Shown here: piece after piece, positions 9,402-17,311 of the stretch | Layout: each line of letters opens with the position of its first letter | Position numbering within the stretch: the stretch's first letter is position 1 | From: a bacterium | GTDB lineage: Bacteria > Zhuqueibacterota > Zhuqueibacteria > Oceanimicrobiales > Oceanimicrobiaceae | Length of the DNA: 31,281 nt | Direction of reading: 5' to 3' | Assembly (NCBI GenBank): GCA_046757165.1 | Contig: JBHHXT010000040.1 | Location: 1 to 31,281 of the forward strand | The notes under the pieces: generated by a model | What the model was told of the DNA's origin: nothing | Seen by the model: only the letters and a program-made list of their open reading frames with translations | Database searches by the model: none | Program-made: the position numbers and the translations under genes

Positions 9402-9812
9402 ATGAGTAAAACACGTCAGAAAATCTTCTCTTTGGGGTTACTTCTCCCCATCTTCCTGCTGAATATCAGTTCTGGTCTTCCGGAGCAGTGCCATCCTGAA
9501 GCTCGCGTCAAGCCAACGGCCTGCTGTGAAGAGGTGTCGATGATGACGGTGGGCGCAGGTGAACGTTTTGCAAACACGCCTTGCGGCTGTAGCCTCTCCC
9601 AGGAACCCGATGCCACGGAAGGGCGGACAATCGCCACCCTGGCTGAATCGCTCAATGGCAAGAATGGCCATAAATATTCGAACTTCTCTCAATGCATTCA
9701 CGGTGACCCGAGAGAGCCGGGTTTTTCGACGACACCCTGCTTTGACTTACTGCAAACCAAACCCGGAACCCGCACCAAACTCTACACCCTCAACTCGTCT
9801 TTTTTGATCTAG
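9402..9812 (+). CDS. Small Cys-rich exported/membrane protein upstream of the metal-efflux genes (HYC_CC_PP-like architecture)
   Basis: Hydrophobic N-terminus, 7 Cys including CH, CC and CGC, and C-terminus LYTLNSSFLI. Start is TTG 9399 or ATG 9402. Confidence 0.65.
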   Translation: MSKTRQKIFSLGLLLPIFLLNISSGLPEQCHPEARVKPTACCEEVSMMTVGAGERFANTPCGCSLSQEPDATEGRTIATLAESLNGKNGHKYSNFSQCIHGDPREPGFSTTPCFDLLQTKPGTRTKLYTLNSSFLI

Positions 9813-9968
9813 ATTCTCTCCCCTGACGAACACCTTCGTTTCTGAGTTCAACCCGTGACCGTCCCAGGAGGGCGCGAGAGGTGTCATTGCGAGCGCTGTT
9901 TGCGCAGCACTCTCCAGCGTTGAGCTGGGAAGTTGCCGCTGTTTTGTGATGGTTGCGGAGGCCCGGAA

Positions 9969-9994
9969 GCGACCCACAAGGGGTCGGGGCTACA
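9969..9994 (-). repeat. GTAG-type REP-like hairpin
   Basis: Minus strand reads TGTAGCCC-CGACCC-CTTGT-GGGTCG-C. On the + strand it is preceded by GATGGTTGCGGAGG (9948-9961), which is identical to the reverse complement of 4352-4365. Confidence 0.55.
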
Positions 9995-10071
9995 TGCGAT
10001 GTCTGGCATGTTCAAATGGGCCAAATTAATCATGCACATCCTCTAAGCGCTTGATTTCAGTGAGGAGAAAT

Positions 10072-11346
10072 ATGAGCAGAATTATCATGTTCTGGACAAG
10101 AATAACGCTGGGGTTGCTATTTTCGGTGAATTTGAGCGCAGCTCAAGACAACGGCCAGCCGATCTCTTTGCACCGGTTGCTCGAGGAAGCCTTGCAAAAC
10201 AACCCTGCGATCAAAGGTGCAGAGCGCCGCTGGCGGGCGGAAGAAGCAAGACCTGCGCAAGTCACAGCGTTGCCCGACCCGATGTTCAGCTACGCCCGTT
10301 TCGGCTCGAGTGTGGAAACCCGAGTGGGACCACAGGAGAATGTCTTTGCTCTTTCGCAGAGAATTCCCTTCCCCGGCAAGCTCGGCTTGCAAGGTGAGAT
10401 GGCCAAACAAGACGCGCTGGCGGCGGAGCAAAAGTACGAAGCCACAAAGCGGGACGTCGTCTTCAGAGTCAAGTCCGCTTATTACGACCTGTATTGGATA
10501 GACCAATCCATCGTGATCCTGAACCGGTATCTTGCGCTGCTGGAAGACTTCACGCGCGTGGCGGAGCAGAAGTACGCCACGGGCCAGGGGATTCAAGCCA
10601 GCGTCTTGAAATCTCAGGTTGAGATCTCCAGTATGTTGAAGAGAAGGCTGGGGTTCGAGAAGCTACGTGCCGGGGCGGCCGCCCGGCTAAACGCCCTGTT
10701 AGACCGATCGTCAGACGCGACAGTGGCACCCGCCGCGCAAATAGACTCGACGCGAAGTCCGCTGGAACTGGACAGTTTGATCGCCCGGGCCCTGGCGCAG
10801 CGCGAGGAGCTGCAAGCGCTCCAGGCCATGGTAGACAAGAGCGAGTTCATGAGGCGTCTGGCCAAAAAGAGCTACTGGCCTGATTTCAACCTGAAAGCGA
10901 ACTACATCGATGTGAGGACAGGACTGAGCGCAGCCCCGGACGCCGGCAAAAATGCCTGGTCGGTCATGTTCGGGTTGAATTTGCCCATCTGGCTGGGCAA
11001 ACGCAAAGCCGCTGTCCGCGAAGCCCACGAGCTCACCGCTGCCAACAAACTGACCTACGAGAATCTGGAAAACCAAATCAAAGCAGAAATTAAAGAGCTC
11101 GCCGTTCAATTTGAAATCACGGACAGGACTCTGGATTTGTATGAGCAGGGTCTGCTCACGCAGGCAAAAAGCAGTCTCGAATCGGCCATGGCCAGCTACC
11201 GCACGGGCCGGCTTGATTTTCTGAACTTGCTCGACGCCGAGCGAATGCTGCTCAATCTAAATCTGAGCTATGTGAAAGAACAAACCAGTTATCAAAAACA
11301 ATTGGCGGCGCTTGAACGGGCCGTCGGAGGTGAGCTGCCGCAATGA
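10072..11346 (+). CDS. TolC-family outer-membrane efflux protein of a heavy-metal RND system (CusC/CzcC role)
   Basis: Signal peptide, then AL.NNP.I, LPDP, SQRIPFPGKL, GLNLPIW and Y.TGRLDFLNLLDAER. ATG 10072 has an AGGAG SD (ORF-track start is 10051). Confidence 0.9.
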   Translation: MSRIIMFWTRITLGLLFSVNLSAAQDNGQPISLHRLLEEALQNNPAIKGAERRWRAEEARPAQVTALPDPMFSYARFGSSVETRVGPQENVFALSQRIPFPGKLGLQGEMAKQDALAAEQKYEATKRDVVFRVKSAYYDLYWIDQSIVILNRYLALLEDFTRVAEQKYATGQGIQASVLKSQVEISSMLKRRLGFEKLRAGAAARLNALLDRSSDATVAPAAQIDSTRSPLELDSLIARALAQREELQALQAMVDKSEFMRRLAKKSYWPDFNLKANYIDVRTGLSAAPDAGKNAWSVMFGLNLPIWLGKRKAAVREAHELTAANKLTYENLENQIKAEIKELAVQFEITDRTLDLYEQGLLTQAKSSLESAMASYRTGRLDFLNLLDAERMLLNLNLSYVKEQTSYQKQLAALERAVGGELPQ

Positions 11347-11368
11347 GGGTGGCGATGAGCCGCAGATG

Positions 11369-11541
11369 AATGGCACGCGGATTTAGCGGATAGAACGGAT
11401 GTACACGGATCTGATTTTGGGTGAAAACCAAAAAAATCATGAGCCACACGATCCCCATTCCACTGACTTCGATACATTACGTGAATGATGATTAAGTCCA
11501 ATCCGTTCCGATCCAGCAATCCGTCTTATCCGTGTTCCATT
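11369..11541. repeat. Periodic inverted repeat element (4 x CGGAT facing 4 x ATCCG/ATCCA) between the TolC gene and cusB
   Basis: CGGAT at 11378, 11387, 11396 and 11406. ATCCG/A at 11501, 11511, 11519 and 11528. Outer ends are AATGGCAC and GTGTTCCATT. Confidence 0.8.
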
Positions 11542-11643
11542 TTTTTGCGCTTTCTTGCAAAAGATGGGTCGTAATAACATAAATCCAGAAGGATCATTCA
11601 GGGAAGAGAGTCGGGTAACAATCTTCAAAAGGAGAGAGTCAAA

Positions 11644-13143
11644 ATGTCGAACATACCTCGCAACACCACCTCCAGGCAGCAGAACCATTGGATCGTCCTC
11701 CTTGCAATTCTGCTCCTGATCCCGGTCTACCTGGCGGCTTGTGGCAATGGCGACGAGAGCACGCAAAATGCCGCGGGTGAAAAACAGCTCTATACCTGCG
11801 GGATGCACCCGCAGGTTGTTCAAGATAGCACCGGAAACTGCCCAATCTGTGGCATGAAGTTAACCCCCATAAAGCGCGAGGCCGGAACCGCCGACCCCTC
11901 GGAGCGCGGCCATTCGGAAGCGGAACACCGCCACGCCAATGGGGAGCGGGCAGCGGCCGAAAGCGGTCAGAAGAAAGACAAGAAAATTCTCTACTGGCGC
12001 GCTCCCATGGACCCCACCTACATCTCGGACAAGCCCGGCAAGTCGCCGATGGGAATGGACCTGATTCCAGTCTACGAAGACGAGCAGGCCGGCTCAGGCT
12101 CGACCCTCTCGATCGACCCGGTGACGGTTCAAAATCTCGGCATTCGAACCGCCGTGGTCAAACGACAGCCGTTCCAGCGGGTCATCCGGACGGTCGGGCA
12201 TATCGACTACAATGAGCAGACGCTCTACAATGTCAACACCAAGTTTCCGGGCTGGATAGAAGAGCTGTATGTGAACCGGACCGGCGACCCGGTCCGAAAA
12301 GGCCAGCCGCTGCTCAAAATCTATTCTCCGGAGCTGGTGGCCACCCAGCAAGAATATGTTCTGGCCTACAAAAGCCAACGAAAACTCAGCGGAAGTAAGT
12401 TCAAAGAAGTGGCGCTGGGCGCAAACAGCCTGCTCGCCGCCGCGACACAGCGTTTGAAATTCTGGGACATCTCAGACGAGCAGATCGAACGGTTGCAGCG
12501 GACCGGCGAGGTGCAAAAGACGCTCACCATCTATTCACCCGCAAACGGTGTGGTCGTCCACAAGAATGCTATCGAGGGGAGCTATAACCATGCCGGTGTG
12601 GACCTGTATCGCATCGCGGATCTGTCGACCGTCTGGGTGTATGCCCACATCTTTGAATATGAGATCCCGTGGATAAAAGTCGGTCAAACGACCCAGATGG
12701 AGCTGCCCTATGTTCCGGGCAAACGGTTTGTCGGTAAAGTGGACTACGTCTATCCCTATCTGGATGCCAAAACCCGGGACGTGAAAATCCGCCTGGTCTT
12801 CCACAATCCGGATCTGGAGCTCAAGCCGCAGATGTACGCCAACGTCACCATTGAATCGACGGCTGGCGACAACGAGCTGGTCATTCCAGGCGAAGCGATC
12901 ATTCGCTCGGGCCGGCGCAATCTGGTCTTCGTGGACCTGGGCAACGGCAAGTTTCGACCACAGGATATCACCATCGGGGCCGAAGGCGACAAAGCGATGG
13001 TGCGGGTGCTTAGGGGCTTGCCGGAAGGTCAGCGCATCGTCACCAGCGCGCAGTTTCTGCTGGATTCGGAGAGCAGACTGCGGGAAGCCATACAAAAAAT
13101 GTTGGCCAGCAGGACCGAGGCGAAAGAAGAGCAGGAGCATTGA
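11644..13143 (+). CDS. cusB: CusB-family RND periplasmic adaptor with two N-terminal metal-binding modules
   Basis: 499 aa. YTCGMHP...CPICGMKL, YWRAPMDP...GKSPMGMDLIPVY, GWIEEL...GDPVRKGQPL..IYSPEL and SAQFLLDSESRL. Confidence 0.9.
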   Translation: MSNIPRNTTSRQQNHWIVLLAILLLIPVYLAACGNGDESTQNAAGEKQLYTCGMHPQVVQDSTGNCPICGMKLTPIKREAGTADPSERGHSEAEHRHANGERAAAESGQKKDKKILYWRAPMDPTYISDKPGKSPMGMDLIPVYEDEQAGSGSTLSIDPVTVQNLGIRTAVVKRQPFQRVIRTVGHIDYNEQTLYNVNTKFPGWIEELYVNRTGDPVRKGQPLLKIYSPELVATQQEYVLAYKSQRKLSGSKFKEVALGANSLLAAATQRLKFWDISDEQIERLQRTGEVQKTLTIYSPANGVVVHKNAIEGSYNHAGVDLYRIADLSTVWVYAHIFEYEIPWIKVGQTTQMELPYVPGKRFVGKVDYVYPYLDAKTRDVKIRLVFHNPDLELKPQMYANVTIESTAGDNELVIPGEAIIRSGRRNLVFVDLGNGKFRPQDITIGAEGDKAMVRVLRGLPEGQRIVTSAQFLLDSESRLREAIQKMLASRTEAKEEQEH

Positions 13144-13170
13144 TCAAGATACAACAAAGGAAATCTCAGA

Positions 13171-16100
13171 ATGTTAGAACGAATAATAGAATGGTCCGTC
13201 AACAACCGGTTCCTGGTTATTCTGGCTACCCTGTTTGCCATCCTTCTCGGCGTCGTGGCCATGTTTCGCACTCCCATCGACGCCATTCCCGATCTTTCGG
13301 ATGTCCAGGTGATCATTTTCACCGACTATCCCGGGCAAGCCCCCCAGGTGGTCGAAGACCAGGTGACCTACCCTTTGACCACGTCCATGCTGGCGGTGCC
13401 GTACGCGAAAGTCGTGCGCGGCTATTCTTTCTTCGGATTCTCCATGGTTTACATCATTTTCGAAGATGGGACAGACCTCTACTGGGCGCGAAGCCGGGTG
13501 TTGGAATACCTGAACTATGTTTCGAACAAGCTGCCAACAGGCATCACCCCCAGTCTCGGGCCAGATGCGACCGGGGTGGGTTGGGTCTATGAATACATCT
13601 TGAAAAGCGACCGGCACGATCTGGCTCAGCTCAGGAGTATCCAGGACTGGTATTTGCGCTATGAGCTTACCGCTGTGCAAGGGGTCGCGGAGGTCGCCAG
13701 TATCGGTGGCTTTGTGAAACAGTATCAGGTCGAGGTCGACCCGAACAAACTGCTCATTTATGACATTTCAATTCCGCAAATCAGAAAGGCGATTCAGGAA
13801 GCCAACAACGATGTCGGGGGTCGACTCATCGAGTTGGGGGAAACGGAATTCATGGTTCGTGGATTGGGATACATACAAAGCATTGAGGATTTAGAAAAGG
13901 TCACGTTGGGGATAGATGCCCGCGGTGTGCCGATAACCCTGAAACATGTCGCGCATATTCAGCTCGGGCCGGAGCTCCGCCGGGGGCTTTGTGAGCTCAA
14001 TGGCGAGGGCGAAGTCGTGGGCGGTATAATTATCATGCGCTTCGGTGAAAACGCACTCAAAACCATTAACGGCGTCAAGGCCAGGCTGGAGGAGCTGAAA
14101 CGAAGCTTACCTGAAGGCGTTGAAATCGTTCCGGTCTACGACCGCTCAGGTTTGATCGAACGGGCGATCGCGAACTTGCGGGGGAAGCTCATTGAAGAGA
14201 GCATCGTCGTGGCGCTGGTTTGTGTTATCTTTCTTCTCCACTTCCGCAGCGCTTTCGTCGCGATTTTCACCCTGCCCGTGGGCATCTTGTTAGCTTTTAT
14301 CGTGATGAACAAGCAGGGCATCAATGCCAATATCATGTCTTTGGGAGGGATTGCCATTGCCATCGGTGCGATGGTCGATGCTGCCATCGTCATGATCGAG
14401 AATGCCCACAAGCATATCGAACATGATGCGGGCAAGAAGGACCACTGGCAGATCATTATCGATGCCTCGAAAGAGGTGGGGCCAGCCCTGTTCTATTCGC
14501 TCTTGATCATCACTATTTCCTTCGTCCCCGTCTTCGCCCTGGAAGCACAGGAGGGCCGGCTGTTCAAACCGCTGGCGTTTACCAAGACCTATGCCATGGC
14601 GGCGTCGGCCTTGCTGGCCATCACCATCGTCCCGGTTCTGATGGGATTTCTCATTCGCGGCAAGATCATGCCCGAGACAAAGAACCCGGTTAACCGCTTT
14701 CTCATCTGGGTCTATCGTCCGGTCATCAACTGGGTGCTTCGGTTCAAGTGGAGCACGATTGCGATAGCGACCTTCATCTTGCTCATTTCATTCTGGCCGC
14801 TATCGCGGCTGGGTTCGGAATTCATGCCCCCGCTTTATGAAGGCGATTTGCTGTATATGCCAACAACGGACCCGGGAATCAGCATTACCAAAGCGCGAGA
14901 ACTTCTGCAGCAAACGGACAAAATCATCAAAACATTCCCTGAAGTGCACCATGTGTTTGGAAAAGTCGGGCGCGCCGAAACCGCTACCGATCCTGCGCCG
15001 TTGTCGATGATCGAAACCACGATCATGCTGAAGCCGGAAGGCCAATGGCGTCCAGGCATGACGCCGGAAAAATTGGTGGAAGAGCTCAATGCCGCCATTC
15101 AATTCCCGGGCCTCACCAACGCCTGGACCATGCCGATCAAGACGCGCATCGATATGCTCTCGACCGGCATCAAGACACCCGTGGGGATCAAGCTCATGGG
15201 AGATGATCTGCAGGTGCTGGCGGATGCGGCCCAGGAAGTCGCAAGCGTCATCCGCGAGGTCCCGGGCACCCTGAGCGTCTACCCCGAAAAAACCGTCGGC
15301 GGCAACTACATCGACTTCCAGATCAAACGGGAGGAGGTCATGCGCTACGGGCTGAACGTCGGCAACGTCCAGGATATCATCAAAAGCGCCATCGGCGGCA
15401 TGAACGTGACGCACACCGTCGAGGGTCTGGAACGCTATCCGGTCAATGTTCGCTATAGCCGGGAGCTGAGAGACAACCCGGAGGCGATCAAACGTGTGCT
15501 AATCGCTACACCGACCGGCGCCCAGATACCCATCGGCCAGGTAGCGGACATCGAGATCAAGAAAGGCCCGCCGGGAATCAAGAGCGAGAACGCCAAGCGC
15601 ACAGCCTGGCTCTATGTGGACATCAAAGACGTCGATGTCGGCACCTACGTCGAAAACGCCCAGCAAATCGTCAATGAGCGCGTCAAACTTCCAACAGGCT
15701 ACACCATGATCTGGAGCGGACAGTACGAGTACATGCAGCGCGCGAAAGAAAAAATGAAACTGGTCATTCCGGTGACCCTGGTGATCATATTTGTTCTGCT
15801 CTACATGAATTTCCGCAACCTCGCCGAAAGTACGATTGTGATGCTTTCGCTGCCCTTTTCTCTGGTCGGGGGCATTTGGCTCATGTACCTGCTGGGCTAC
15901 CATTTTAGCGTGGCTGTCGCTGTCGGCTTTATCGCCCTGGCTGGTGTGGCGGCAGAAACCGGAGTCGTGATGCTCATCTACCTGGACCATGCTTACAAGA
16001 AATGGCAGCAAGCAGGCAACATGGTCAAGCTCAATCATCTTGCCGGAGCGGTCAAGGAAGGCGCGGTGGAACGCGTGCGCCCAAAGATGATGACAGTCGC

Positions 16101-16293
16101 AGCTATCATGGCAGGCTTGCTCCCCATCATGTGGGGCCACGGCACCGGTTCAGACGTCATGAAACGCATAGCCGCGCCCATGGTCGGCGGCATGGTCTCG
16201 TCCACGCTGCTGACGCTGATTGTGATTCCAGCGATTTACTTCCTGTACAAGAGCTGGGAGAATCGCAGAAACTGGGTTGCGGAAGAGAAGTGA
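13171..16293 (+). CDS. cusA: CusA/SilA-family Cu(I)/Ag(I) RND transporter
   Basis: 1040 aa. DAIPDLSDVQVI, EDQVTYP, ANIMSLGGIAIAIGAMVDAAIV, Met-triad contexts LLYMP, PLSMIET and RIDMLSTG, and R.RPKMMT. Confidence 0.95.
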   Translation: MLERIIEWSVNNRFLVILATLFAILLGVVAMFRTPIDAIPDLSDVQVIIFTDYPGQAPQVVEDQVTYPLTTSMLAVPYAKVVRGYSFFGFSMVYIIFEDGTDLYWARSRVLEYLNYVSNKLPTGITPSLGPDATGVGWVYEYILKSDRHDLAQLRSIQDWYLRYELTAVQGVAEVASIGGFVKQYQVEVDPNKLLIYDISIPQIRKAIQEANNDVGGRLIELGETEFMVRGLGYIQSIEDLEKVTLGIDARGVPITLKHVAHIQLGPELRRGLCELNGEGEVVGGIIIMRFGENALKTINGVKARLEELKRSLPEGVEIVPVYDRSGLIERAIANLRGKLIEESIVVALVCVIFLLHFRSAFVAIFTLPVGILLAFIVMNKQGINANIMSLGGIAIAIGAMVDAAIVMIENAHKHIEHDAGKKDHWQIIIDASKEVGPALFYSLLIITISFVPVFALEAQEGRLFKPLAFTKTYAMAASALLAITIVPVLMGFLIRGKIMPETKNPVNRFLIWVYRPVINWVLRFKWSTIAIATFILLISFWPLSRLGSEFMPPLYEGDLLYMPTTDPGISITKARELLQQTDKIIKTFPEVHHVFGKVGRAETATDPAPLSMIETTIMLKPEGQWRPGMTPEKLVEELNAAIQFPGLTNAWTMPIKTRIDMLSTGIKTPVGIKLMGDDLQVLADAAQEVASVIREVPGTLSVYPEKTVGGNYIDFQIKREEVMRYGLNVGNVQDIIKSAIGGMNVTHTVEGLERYPVNVRYSRELRDNPEAIKRVLIATPTGAQIPIGQVADIEIKKGPPGIKSENAKRTAWLYVDIKDVDVGTYVENAQQIVNERVKLPTGYTMIWSGQYEYMQRAKEKMKLVIPVTLVIIFVLLYMNFRNLAESTIVMLSLPFSLVGGIWLMYLLGYHFSVAVAVGFIALAGVAAETGVVMLIYLDHAYKKWQQAGNMVKLNHLAGAVKEGAVERVRPKMMTVAAIMAGLLPIMWGHGTGSDVMKRIAAPMVGGMVSSTLLTLIVIPAIYFLYKSWENRRNWVAEEK

Positions 16294-16391
16294 CGAAATG
16301 ATTGCCCCCGGCCGCCGACCACGTTTCTAAAAGGCGCGGCCAAAACCAATAGAGCAATCCAGTTTATCACAACAACATAAGGAGACGAAAC

Positions 16392-16805
16392 ATGGTGCGG
16401 AATTATCATTTATATTCAGGCATGCTCGTGGTAGCGGTCTTGCTTTTTTCCTGCCAGACTACCGAAAAACGGACTGAGGATGAACAAATCACAAGCCAAA
16501 ATGCTAAACTGGCAAAGTTGACACCTCAAAAAAGAACAGAAAACATCAAGATTGAACTGAAACAAATTAAAGCAGACCTCGCCAAAGATGGTCATTATAA
16601 TTGCTGCATCCATCCCACCTGCAACTGGTGTCTTCTTCACGAAGGGGAGTGCGAATGTCACGACAATCTCAAAGCAGGAAAAGAAGTGTGTCCGGGATGC
16701 GGACTGGGCTGGCGCAACGGCAACGGCGTGGTTCAGGGCGTGCAAGCGAATCAGGTAAAATGGGACATTGCGCACGAGCATGAATCGGAGGGACACGCGC
16801 ACTAA
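16392..16805 (+). CDS. Cys/His-rich lipoprotein, putative metal-binding protein
   Basis: 137 aa. AAGGAG SD and lipobox LLFSC. Contains CC-x4-C-x2-C-x6-CxC-x10-CxxC and a C-terminal HEHESEGHAH. Confidence 0.75.
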   Translation: MVRNYHLYSGMLVVAVLLFSCQTTEKRTEDEQITSQNAKLAKLTPQKRTENIKIELKQIKADLAKDGHYNCCIHPTCNWCLLHEGECECHDNLKAGKEVCPGCGLGWRNGNGVVQGVQANQVKWDIAHEHESEGHAH

Positions 16806-16823
16806 GTGGCTGTGCCACACGAT

Positions 16824-16845
16824 TCAGGTAAATAGGCTGTAGACT
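16824..16845. repeat. Dispersed 22-bp repeat TCAGGTA(A/G)ATAGGCTGTAGACT, copy 1
   Basis: 21/22 identical to 30924-30945. Both copies lie shortly after + strand stop codons. Confidence 0.75.
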
Positions 16846-16928
16846 TTACAACTCAGGGCTGCTGATGACGCTATTATGTATGTTACAGCGACGGATTTTT
16901 TTCTAAACTTTTCAGGGGGTTCAGGTGT

Positions 16929-17190
16929 TAGGGTGTTCACGCTTTAGCGTGTCTTCCCCCCCCGACCCCAGCAAGCTGAAGCTTGTACACCGACCCCCCG
17001 GTCAGGAACCGTGCAAAGAGTCTCTATCGGGCAACACGAGGGTAGATAATTGTTGAAATTGTTGAAAGAAATGCCTAATCTAACTAGCCCGTGCATAGGG
17101 TGTTCACGCTTTAGCGTGTTTTCTCCTCGCCCCGGCAAGCCAGGATTCCTCAATTTTGTGATAGATGAGTCGGGGCAGCTTGTACACCGA
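16929..17190. repeat. Two direct copies of a REP-doublet-like element
   Basis: TAGGGTGTTCACGCTTTAGCGTGT at 16929-16952 and 17096-17119. AGCTTGTACACCGA at 16980-16993 and 17177-17190. Confidence 0.85.
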
Positions 17191-17311
17191 ACACACCCGA
17201 GCAGGAATCGCCGATTTTAGCAAACCTTTTTGATTCCTGCTCAGGATATGAGCTCAGCGTCCTTTGCTGACTCTGCGTCAACTTTTCTTACAATCGTTCC
17301 GGCTGGAGACT

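Noticed and set aside
16392..16805. Possible c-type cytochrome
   Set aside because: There is no CxxCH motif (only CECH, CNWCL and CPGCG).
16929..17190. Possible CRISPR array (24-bp palindromic direct repeat)
   Set aside because: There are only two copies, 167 bp apart, with shared flanks and no cas genes. A REP doublet fits better.
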